Assembly (NCBI GenBank): GCA_048128005.1
Contig: JBEUKZ010000035.1
Location: 1-64,000 of the forward strand
Origin: Veleropilina oligotropha
Lineage: Eukaryota
Length of the DNA: 64,000 nt
Reading direction: 5' to 3'
Shown here: positions 39,195 through 48,346 of the stretch, in pieces
Position numbering within the stretch: position 1 is the first letter of the stretch
How the letters are laid out: the number at the start of each line of letters is the position of its first letter
Notes under the pieces: model-generated
Told to the model about the DNA's origin: nothing
The model's database searches: none
The model's input: the letters and a program-made list of their open reading frames with translations, nothing else
Position numbers and translations under genes: made by a program

Positions 39195-42100
39195 ATGGGA
39201 TTAAAAATTATACAATGGAACGTCAGAGGAGTCAGGGCTAACAAAGCCGAACTAGAATTATTAATCATCAGTTCAAAACCCGATGTAATATGCTTACAGG
39301 AAACACTTCTAACCAAATCCGCCAAATTCGGCTTACACGGGTATACCACACTGCGTAAAGACTTTCCAAAGGGAAACAACACGCCATCACGCGGATTAGC
39401 TATTTGCGTAAAAAATAATTTACAGTATCGCGAATTCAATTTAAACTTAGCTACACTCAATGGTAACAGTATACAAATATACTATGAAAACAAAACCCTC
39501 AGAATCATTAACCTATATCGGAATCAAGAACATAGCGCCCAACAACTAAAAGACGACTTAGATATTTTAAGCGCTAATCATAACGATAAAACCATTATAG
39601 TAGGAGACTTAAACTCACACAATCCCTTGTGGGGGAGCGACCGAACCACCCCACACGGCACAAATATAATAGATTTTGCAGCGGAAAATAGTTTCGTAAT
39701 TTTAAACGACCCCCATTGCGGTACTAGATATAATCCGATTAATCAAACTCACTCGATTATCGATTTATCCATCGCGTCCGACACAATTGCTCACAAATGT
39801 CACTGGTATGTCCATAACAACCTCATGGGAAGTGACCATTACCCGATTCTCACGGAAATAGACATAGCGCCTGATATAGAAAACGAAGAGCATGAACCTA
39901 AATGGAACTTTAGGAAAGCTGATTGGAAAAGTTTCCATGACGAATGTCTCAACATAAACAAAGACGAAATTTTAGATAACGATATAGAAACATTTAATGA
40001 AAATCTTGTTAACAGCATCATATTAATAGCGGATAAACATATTCCAAAAACGGACATAAGAAAGGACGACAAAATCCCAGTTCCGTGGTGGAACGATAAA
40101 TGCAAACAAGCACTCAAAAACCGTAAAAAAATGCTCACTAGAAGTAGACGAACTCATAGCCCGGCAGATATAGAAGCTTACAAATCAGCCAAATCATCAG
40201 CTAGAAAAGTAATTAAAGAAGCAAAAAGAGATAACTGGCAAGAATATTGCACAACATTAAATGATAGATCAGATAGCAGAAAAGTTTGGAGCAAAATTCA
40301 TAAAATTAATGGGAAGAAAACAAGACACCGAATCCCAACACTAGGCCAAACCATACTAGCAAAAAGTAATAAACAGAAAGCAGAAATGCTAGCCAAAAGT
40401 TACGCGCAAGTGAGCAGCACCCGTAACTACAACCGTCAATTTTTAGACCAAAAAGACGAGCGCGAAACCACCTTCCGCAATGAACCGAAAGCATTAAACG
40501 ACCCGACAAATCCCCTAAATTACCCATTTTCAATGATAGAGCTAACAGAAGCATTCGCCCATAAAAAGGGAACGTCAACTGGGCAGGATAAAGTTAGCTA
40601 CGAAATGTTCAAACACATGCCCGTAAATACGTTAGAACTAATTCTACTTCTTTTTAACGCCACTTGGGAAAAGGGAGAACTCCCGAAATCATGGAAACGG
40701 GCCGAAATCATTCCCATATTGAAACCAAACAAAGACCCAAATGATCGAAAATCATATAGGCCGATATCATTAACATCTAACCTATGCAAAACACTGGAAA
40801 TCATGATTAACAAAAGAATAGTATATCATCTAGAGAAAAACAATTTAATTAACCCGAACCAAAGCGGTTTTAGGAAAAATAGACAGACAACAGATCAATT
40901 GGTAAGACTGGAAAATGACATTAGAAAGGGATTCATCCAAAATAGAAAAACGCTAGCAGTCTTCATTGATTTCGAAAAAGCATACAACATGATTTGGCAT
41001 GAAGGGCTCAAGGAAAAAATTAAAAACTTAGGTATTACAGGCAGGATGCTAAATTGGATAGGTAATTTTTTGGAAGATAGGAAAATAAATGTAAGAGTCG
41101 AAAACTCAAGATCGGAAGATTACGATCTAGAAAACGGTACGCCACAAGGTAGTGTAATCAGTCCAACTCTTTTCAACATAATGATTAATGACTTAGATAA
41201 AACTCTGATAGAAAACAAAACGACAAAATCATCATTGTTTGCAGACGATAGCGCGATATGGAACTCGAATAAAAATGTTAAAAAACTAGAAGACAAAATG
41301 AACGAAAACCTTAAACTAATTCATAAATGGTCAAACGAATGGGGATTTAAAATATCCGAATCAAAAACGGTAGGAGTACTCTTTTCTAAAGGTAGACAGT
41401 ACATTAAACCTACATTAATACTGAATAACAAGCAATTGAAAATTGAAGACAGAGCTACATTCCTAGGAATGACATTTGATCGTAAATTAACTTGGCATGC
41501 CCACATTAACCAACTCATCAATAATTGCAATAAAATGCTCAACCTCATGAGATGCGTCTCTGGTAACGACTGGGGAGCAGATAGACAAACTTTATCACTC
41601 CTATATAAATCCTTAATTATGTCGAGAATAGACTACGGCTGTCAGGCATACGGTTCAGCTAAACCACATCTTTTAAAGAAAATAGAGAAAATTCAAAACC
41701 AAGCCTTAAGAATAATTACAGGAGCATTTAAATCAACTCCAATAGCCAGTCTTGAAGTAGAAGCAAATATCAAACCCCTGGAACTACGTAGGAAAGAAAT
41801 GACGCTTAACTACTGGGCCAAAACTAAATCTCAAGTAGAAACCAATCCCGCGGCTAAATTAGACACTAACTGCAATGCCTTCCAAAAAATAGAATACAAT
41901 AAACGGTATGTAGATCGACCACCGTACGGATTGATAACACGACGATACAATCAAGAACTAAAACTCGATAAATTAAATATTGCTCAAAACAGACCTGCAG
42001 ATAAACCGCCTTGGCAACATAACCCTGTTAAATCATCAATACAACTTAGTCACATGATAAAGAAGGATGAGCCAGCTCTAAATATAAAAGCCACGACTCA

Positions 42101-43004
42101 AACTTTCATAGATGAAAAATGGAATGGATATTTAAAAGTTTATACAGACGGGTCAAAGGACCCAGAAACGTCACAAACATCCGCAGCAGTGGTAATCCCA
42201 GAGTTAAAAGTAAATAAATCATTCAAACTATCAAACAACTTATCTGTGTATAGCACAGAACTGGTAGCTATTGAAAAAGCCTTGGAAATAATCCACATAA
42301 TTGAACCAACAAAAGTTGTAATTCTGTCAGACTCCCTAAGTGGACTGCAGTCTCTACAACCCTCAAAAAATTCAACAAGACCAGATCTAATCAATAAAAT
42401 CAAATCATTAAATGATTCCCTTTTTGATAAAGGAATAGATATAAATCTTGAATGGATCCCAGCCCACGTAGGCATTTTAGGCAATGAAATGGCAGACACA
42501 GCAGCAAAAAAGGGAATGACAAACCCAGATTACACTCTAAATAATTTCCCGCTTAGCCACAACGAAGTCAAAAGCATAGTCAGAACTCACATTAACAATG
42601 AGTGGCAAGATCGTTGGAATCATCATGATAAAGGCAGACATCTTTTTCAACTTAAAAATAAAATAGGCAAACCAATTAAGATGCAAACTAGTAAACTTGA
42701 AAGCAAAACAATAACGCGCCTCCGACTCGGGCATTCAGGTCTACTAGCTCATAGATACAGAATTAAATCTTGTGAATCACCAAAATGTCCCCATTGCGAC
42801 TTTCCAGAAACAGTCGATCATTACCTGTTAGAATGTCCCGCACATATAAATGAAAGACAAGAGCTTAAAGATACGTTAAAAACAGCTAATATACTTGAAA
42901 TTGACAAAAAAACACTTCTAGCACCACCAGAACCAGTAGCTACCTACACATATAGGGCATTAGCTAAATATATCAAAGACACCGGTTACATAAACAAAAT
43001 ATAG
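39195..43004 (+). CDS. LINE ORF2 polyprotein: AP endonuclease, reverse transcriptase, RNase H, CCHC finger (1269 aa)
   Basis: QWNVRG, CLQET, GDLNSH, SDHYP; YRPISLTS, QSGFR, DFEKAY, PQGSVISP, FADD; YTDGS, SDS, WIPAHVGILGNEMAD; CPHC...HYLLEC; no stops. Confidence 0.97.
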   Translation: MGLKIIQWNVRGVRANKAELELLIISSKPDVICLQETLLTKSAKFGLHGYTTLRKDFPKGNNTPSRGLAICVKNNLQYREFNLNLATLNGNSIQIYYENKTLRIINLYRNQEHSAQQLKDDLDILSANHNDKTIIVGDLNSHNPLWGSDRTTPHGTNIIDFAAENSFVILNDPHCGTRYNPINQTHSIIDLSIASDTIAHKCHWYVHNNLMGSDHYPILTEIDIAPDIENEEHEPKWNFRKADWKSFHDECLNINKDEILDNDIETFNENLVNSIILIADKHIPKTDIRKDDKIPVPWWNDKCKQALKNRKKMLTRSRRTHSPADIEAYKSAKSSARKVIKEAKRDNWQEYCTTLNDRSDSRKVWSKIHKINGKKTRHRIPTLGQTILAKSNKQKAEMLAKSYAQVSSTRNYNRQFLDQKDERETTFRNEPKALNDPTNPLNYPFSMIELTEAFAHKKGTSTGQDKVSYEMFKHMPVNTLELILLLFNATWEKGELPKSWKRAEIIPILKPNKDPNDRKSYRPISLTSNLCKTLEIMINKRIVYHLEKNNLINPNQSGFRKNRQTTDQLVRLENDIRKGFIQNRKTLAVFIDFEKAYNMIWHEGLKEKIKNLGITGRMLNWIGNFLEDRKINVRVENSRSEDYDLENGTPQGSVISPTLFNIMINDLDKTLIENKTTKSSLFADDSAIWNSNKNVKKLEDKMNENLKLIHKWSNEWGFKISESKTVGVLFSKGRQYIKPTLILNNKQLKIEDRATFLGMTFDRKLTWHAHINQLINNCNKMLNLMRCVSGNDWGADRQTLSLLYKSLIMSRIDYGCQAYGSAKPHLLKKIEKIQNQALRIITGAFKSTPIASLEVEANIKPLELRRKEMTLNYWAKTKSQVETNPAAKLDTNCNAFQKIEYNKRYVDRPPYGLITRRYNQELKLDKLNIAQNRPADKPPWQHNPVKSSIQLSHMIKKDEPALNIKATTQTFIDEKWNGYLKVYTDGSKDPETSQTSAAVVIPELKVNKSFKLSNNLSVYSTELVAIEKALEIIHIIEPTKVVILSDSLSGLQSLQPSKNSTRPDLINKIKSLNDSLFDKGIDINLEWIPAHVGILGNEMADTAAKKGMTNPDYTLNNFPLSHNEVKSIVRTHINNEWQDRWNHHDKGRHLFQLKNKIGKPIKMQTSKLESKTITRLRLGHSGLLAHRYRIKSCESPKCPHCDFPETVDHYLLECPAHINERQELKDTLKTANILEIDKKTLLAPPEPVATYTYRALAKYIKDTGYINKI

Positions 43005-43273
43005 ATAAGTGCGCCACAACTAGGCAATAAACTGGCAAAAGCAGGCTCATAATAATATAAGGAGAGGAAGAGAGGGAGGTTAGTAAGCAAAACTACCTCA
43101 AAACAACCCCAAAAAAATATTTAAAAAAAAAAAATATACAAAAAAAAAAAAAAATACAATTCAATGTTTTATATTTTTTATTTTTATTTTTTAGTTTTTT
43201 ATATATATATTTTTTTCTTTTTTAGTAAAGCACATTCATAACATACACCCCTTCTTCTCACTCCTACTCTGGG

Positions 43274-43916
43274 AATAGCACATTCAAAATTAATCAAGGC
43301 GGCTCAATGCATTGACAGAGGGGCAGTAATTGTTACCTAAGCAACATCACCCCAAGGTGTTAGTGAGGGGGCATTACACAAATAGAGGAATGTGCTAACC
43401 CAAGACAGATAAATGTTTACGGCACATTCAAAATTAATGAAAGCGGCCCAATGCTTTGACAGAGGGGTTATAGACGCTATCAAAGCGACATCCGATGATG
43501 CCAGCCGCGAAGGTCTATGTAAATCGTGGGAAGTACGTAAACAAAACACAATAAATGTTCCAATTATCGTACGCCTACATATGGCGAATCGCCTTCTTCA
43601 CTGCCACACCCCTCATCTGTCTCCTTTTCTTTCTCCTTTCCTCTTTAAGAATAGCACATTCTAAAGTAATGAAAGCGGCTCAATGCATTGACAGAGGGGC
43701 AGTAATCGCTACCTAAGCAACATCACCATAAGATGTTAGTGAGGGGGCATTACACAACAATGAGAATGTGCTATTCCAACACAACTAAATGTTTACGGCA
43801 CATTCAAAACTAATAAAAGCGGCCCAATGCCTTGACAGAGGGGCTATAGGCACTATCAAAACGACATCCGATGATGCCAGCAGCGAAGGTCTATGTAAAT
43901 CGTGGGAAAGTCCGTA
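43274..43916 (+). other. A-B-A-B array of putative structured-RNA modules in the LINE 3' UTR; also at 19817-20478, its mirror at ~36700-37361, and 46166-46583
   Basis: Shared core gcacattc..taatgaaagcggcYcaatgc.ttgacagagggg; closing stems and compensatory changes between copies. Confidence 0.6.
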
Positions 43917-44547
43917 ATCAAAACAAAATAAAAACTAAATTAACAACCCCAATGTACAATTGTTCACATGCACATGACTCACTTTCTACAATGTCTCTTC
44001 TTATTTTATTTTTAGACACAGTATATCATCATTATCTTATCCGCATAACTACATAGCATCATGATTAACAACATGTTGGAATTGCTAGGTAGATCGATTA
44101 TAGTGATATAAATACCTTTTTTCATTTATTGTTAAAGTAATATAACCGTTATAACTTACAAGTTACGGCAGTACGATCGATGATGATTAATGTTAATGTC
44201 TGTCAACTTTATCACTAAATAAATGCAGTAACTACTAAATTTCTTTTCTATTAATTTTACAGTTTTTTTTTTTTTTGGTGGCCCTGAATCGGTGCGTTGG
44301 TGAAAGGGGCCGTTGGATGCTGGACGGACGGTGTGTCTGGCCGCCGCCGGGTCCGTGCGGGGTTCGGCCTTGTCTCTTCGGTGCGTGGACGGCGTCCGTG
44401 GCGGTCTTGATGGGACATATACGACATCCATGGCGGAAAACAAATACAAAGAAGATCGACAACTACAAAGCCAAGAGGTTGAAATCACGGAAAACGTGGA
44501 AGACCTCGTTAAAATCGAAAAAAACAACAACAAACAACAACAAACAA

Positions 44548-45753
44548 ATGACGCTTAATTACTGGGCAAAAACAAATTCACAATTAGAAAATAACCCCGC
44601 AGCTAAACTAGATGACGACTGTCTAGCTTTTCAAACACTGGAACATAGCAAACGCGTTAAAGAACAACCACCATACGGATTAATAACATGCAAATTCAGC
44701 CAGGCACTAAAACTCGATAAAATAAATATAATACAGAACAAACCAGCAAATAAACCACCATGGACTCACAAACCGATAAAATCATCAATCGAATTGAGTA
44801 CAATAATTAAGAAAGAAGACCTGCCCCTAAACATTAAAACAATTGCATTATCTCACATAGATCAAAAATGGAACGGTTACCTAAAGGTATACACCGACGG
44901 ATCCAAGGACCCTGCCACAACACAAACGTCAGCAGGAGTAGTCATCCCAGAATTAAAAATAAGCAAATCATACAAACTACCAAATAACCTGTCGGTTTAT
45001 ATTACAGAACTTATAGCAATCGAACAGGCATTGATAATCATAAACGAGATTGAACCAAATACAGTTGTAATACTTTCGGATTCATTAAGCGGACTCCAAT
45101 CTTTACAACCTGCGACAAACTCGGCTAGGCCCGACCTCATTAACAGAATCAAATTGTTAAACGAACAATTATCTGATAAAGAAATAGAAGTTAATCTTGA
45201 GTGGATACCTGCTCATGTAGGCATTTTAGGCAATGAATTAGCAGATCTAGCAGCCAAAAAAGGACTAAATAATCCGGACCATACCCTAGATACCAATCAA
45301 CTCAGTTACAAGGAAGTACAAAATATTATCAAAGCAAGTATCGCCAGTGAATGGCAAGATCAGTGGACCAATCACGACAAAGGCAGACACCTTTTCAACC
45401 TAAAAAATAAATTAGGTAAACCTATCAAAATGAAAACCAGCAAACTAGAAACCAAAACAATCACCAGACTTAGGCTCGGACATTCGGGTCTCCTAGCACA
45501 CAGACATCAAATTAAGTCGTGTGACTCGCCAAACTGTAGCAACTGCAACGTCCCAGAAACAGTGGAACACTATCTACTAGAATGCACCGCTCATACACAG
45601 GACCGAAATAAACTTAAAGATACCCTAAAAAGTATTAATATTTTGGACATTAACATAAAAAAATTGTTAGCTCCGAAAGAACCAGTCGCTCACTTCACAT
45701 ATAGAGCGTTAGCAAAATACATAACTGACACTGGTTACATCAATAAAATATAA
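44548..45753 (+). CDS. C-terminal third of LINE ORF2 (RNase H and CCHC finger), uninterrupted
   Basis: MTLNYWAK...VYTDGSKD...WIPAHVGILGNELAD...CSNCNVPETVEHYLLEC...GYINKI. Confidence 0.8.
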   Translation: MTLNYWAKTNSQLENNPAAKLDDDCLAFQTLEHSKRVKEQPPYGLITCKFSQALKLDKINIIQNKPANKPPWTHKPIKSSIELSTIIKKEDLPLNIKTIALSHIDQKWNGYLKVYTDGSKDPATTQTSAGVVIPELKISKSYKLPNNLSVYITELIAIEQALIIINEIEPNTVVILSDSLSGLQSLQPATNSARPDLINRIKLLNEQLSDKEIEVNLEWIPAHVGILGNELADLAAKKGLNNPDHTLDTNQLSYKEVQNIIKASIASEWQDQWTNHDKGRHLFNLKNKLGKPIKMKTSKLETKTITRLRLGHSGLLAHRHQIKSCDSPNCSNCNVPETVEHYLLECTAHTQDRNKLKDTLKSINILDINIKKLLAPKEPVAHFTYRALAKYITDTGYINKI

Positions 45754-47161
45754 ACAGGATAGGAACCGACAATAACTAATTAGTCAACGAGTTGGTTTGA
45801 TTCTAGGCAAACAATCGCGCGCGGTTTGTTCTACAGGCGCCAACTCGACGCGTAAAATAAAAATAAAACTATAATCCCCCCCAAAAAAACTTAAAAATGT
45901 ATATATACCAATGAACAACACCACCCACACCTTTTTATTTTTTATTATTTTTCCTATTTGTATTATTTGTTTTCTTTCTTTGTTTCCTTTTTCTATGCAC
46001 TCACACTTACACTACATCCCCTACACCCCTCTGCCCACATCAAACTTAAACAATCAAACACTATACTCACCTAAAACTTACACAATTCAAACCCCTGTAG
46101 ACCTCCATAGCGTACCTCTCTTCCTGCCGTAAAGACAAATGAACCCCGTCCCGGTAATCACCTTCCGCCAGCCACGAAGGTCTATGTAAATCGTGGGAAG
46201 TACGTAAACAAAATAAAATAAATGTTCCAATTATCGTACGCCTACATATGGCGAATCGCCTTCTTCACTGCCACACCCCTCATCTGTCTCCTTTTCTTTC
46301 TCATTTCCTCTTTAAGAATAGCACATTCTAAAGTAATGAAAGCGGCTCAATGCATTGACAGAGGGGCAGTAATCGCTACCTAAGCAACATCACCATAAGA
46401 TGTTAGTGAGGGGGCATTACAAAACAATGGGAATGTGCTATTCCAACACAACTAAATGTTTACGGCACATTCAAAATTAATAAAAGCGGCCCAATGCCTT
46501 GACAGAGGGGCTATAGACACTATCAAAGCGACATCCGATGATGCCAGCAGCGAAGGTCTATGTAAATCGTGGGAAAGTCCGTAATCAAAACAAAATAAAA
46601 ACTAAATTAACAACCTCAATGTACAATTGTTCACATGCACATGACTCACTTTCTACAATGTCTCTTCTTATTTTATTTTTAGACACAGTATATCATCATT
46701 ATCTAGCTTTCATAATTCAAATCTACATAACAAAAGTTATAAATACATGTTTAAATTGTTATGTAGGCATTATATACTCTTTTTTCTCTCTATATAACTT
46801 AACTTATTTTTTCACTGTATAAATAAATAACCGTTATAAATTTCAATGTACGGAAGTCTATATTATCGAATATGTTATCTAAAGATTTTATTATAAACCA
46901 AAATCCAGCGTTATGTAATTTCATATACTACAAATTTCTTTTCTTTCATTTTTGACAGTTTTTTAAATGGTGACCCCTAGAAGGGCCGTTGGTTTACATG
47001 TCCGCCCTCCTTGTCCGAAGCTGGTATTTGGTGGCGACGTCCGAGCTTAAAAGAAATCTGCAACAACAACAAAGAAATCAACAGAAATACAAAGTCGTGG
47101 GGTCGAAATCGCGTACAACGTGGAAGACCTCGTTAAAATCCAACCAAACAACAACAACAAA
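44548..47161 (+). mobile_element. Second, more truncated I-group LINE of a different subfamily, head-to-tail after the first
   Basis: Open frame 44548-45753 (RNase H and CCHC), 3' UTR, terminal stem-loop and caacaacaacaaa tail. Confidence 0.9.
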
Positions 47162-47204
47162 TCTATGTCAGATCTTATTGTATGCTTAGACAATAAACAA
47201 CTTT

Positions 47205-48346
47205 TACTCGGGTTGCTATACTGATAGCATATACAATGGCTAACAGTTCCGCCACATAAATAGGAGTTTCCTCTACAAGAGGTAAAGCAATGTAATTGTT
47301 CAAATACACTAATCCAATCTGGCGAGGTGTAGCATCCACATAGATAACGTCTGGTTCCGTCCATATCCGTACGAGGGAGATCGCCTTGAGATGAGCTATC
47401 CATGCTTCATGTGCCCGTCGTACCGCTTCGTGCGGTACTTGCCCACTGTCCTGAGCTTCGTAAAGTGGTTTGAGTAAAAACCAGGGGGACCCGATGAAAG
47501 GCCAAACATAGGCCAGGTGCCCTAAAATCCGTTGCCAAGCAACTAAGCGGAGCGTATCCGTCTTGTGTAGAATGTCAAATAGGCGCAAAATGAGTTTGCG
47601 TCGTTCATCTGAGAGGGTAGCCGTGTTGTCCATCGTATCAAAGATGGCGCCTAACACAGATAATTGCCTGGAGGGCTCTAGATGAGTCTTCTTCCAGTTA
47701 ATGAGCACGCCGCAGCGCACTAAGTCTTCCACCACCTGTTTCATGGTGTCGCGTAAGAAGTCCTGTCGGAATGGGCGATAACGAAATCGTCGATGTGTCC
47801 CCAAGCAGTGAGGCCAAGCGTTCGGAACCGCTTAGCGATAGAGTTCGTGAACATCTGCATATAAAAAGGGGAGACTGGAAGTCCGAACTGGAGACAGGTA
47901 TATTTGTAATAATGTCCGTTGAACCGAAACGTCGTAACGTACTGTGAGTCCGGGTGGATGTTTATGTGAAAGAAAGCATCCTTGAGATCAAGTTTGCACA
48001 TCCAAGTATCCTCGAAATCCAGGTATTGAATAAGCTGGAACACGCTGGGTAGGTAGAAGCGTGGACATGGGAGGTAAGGGGTCAACTTGGAAAAGTCGAC
48101 AATCATTCGGGCGAAGGCCGATACGGCTGGGAAAATCTGCGGGATTCGCGAGTGTTTCAATGTACGATACTGATAAGCGCTGAAAACATAACGTCAACAA
48201 ATACAAAATGGTCATAAGGGGTTCCGGAACACGGTAACCGCGGAGTCGACGCAAAGTGCCAATGGCACCCATATTATCGGAGTAAATGTGTATATTGAAT
48301 GGCGGACTATGTAGCCCACCGACCACCCGGTCGCAGATTCCGGCCT
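47205..48346 (-). mobile_element. Hepadnavirus-like RT/RNase H retroelement sequence, circularly permuted, with one frameshift
   Basis: Minus-strand order: RNase H C-half (YSDN 48273-48281, NPADFPSR 48123-48146), RT (RMIVDFS, LDLKDAFFH, QFGLPVSPF, HIDD 47786-47797, INWKKT, LG), then RNase H N-half (VDATP 47325-47336, PIYVAELLA). Confidence 0.8.

Larger units (their letters stand above)
39115..44547 (+). mobile_element. Young 5'-truncated I-group (Nimb/I-like) LINE with intact ORF2, ~1.5 kb 3' UTR and (CAA/CAAA)n tail
   Basis: Begins 80 bp upstream of the ORF2 ATG; no ORF1; ends caacaacaaacaacaacaaacaa. Confidence 0.9.

Noticed and set aside
43110..43225. Poly-A followed by poly-T as the LINE end or a terminator
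   Set aside because: The 3' UTR continues for another 1.3 kb to the shared stem-loop and CAA tail; this is an internal low-complexity tract
43421..43540. Resemblance of the UTR modules to the glmS ribozyme (AGCG..UUGAC.GAGG..UUAU) or SAM-I riboswitch (GCAAC...GGUG)
   Set aside because: Only short words match; the required helices cannot be formed and the observed pairings differ
44275..44547. N-terminal 91 aa of the 492-aa ORF
   Set aside because: Read-through of the upstream LINE 3' UTR and tail; ORF2 homology starts at the ATG at 44548
47175..48326. Interpretation as a fragment of the neighbouring DIRS element
   Set aside because: No nucleotide similarity seen; motifs differ (DATP and NPADFPSR versus TDAS and ADSLSR); no MT or YR domain
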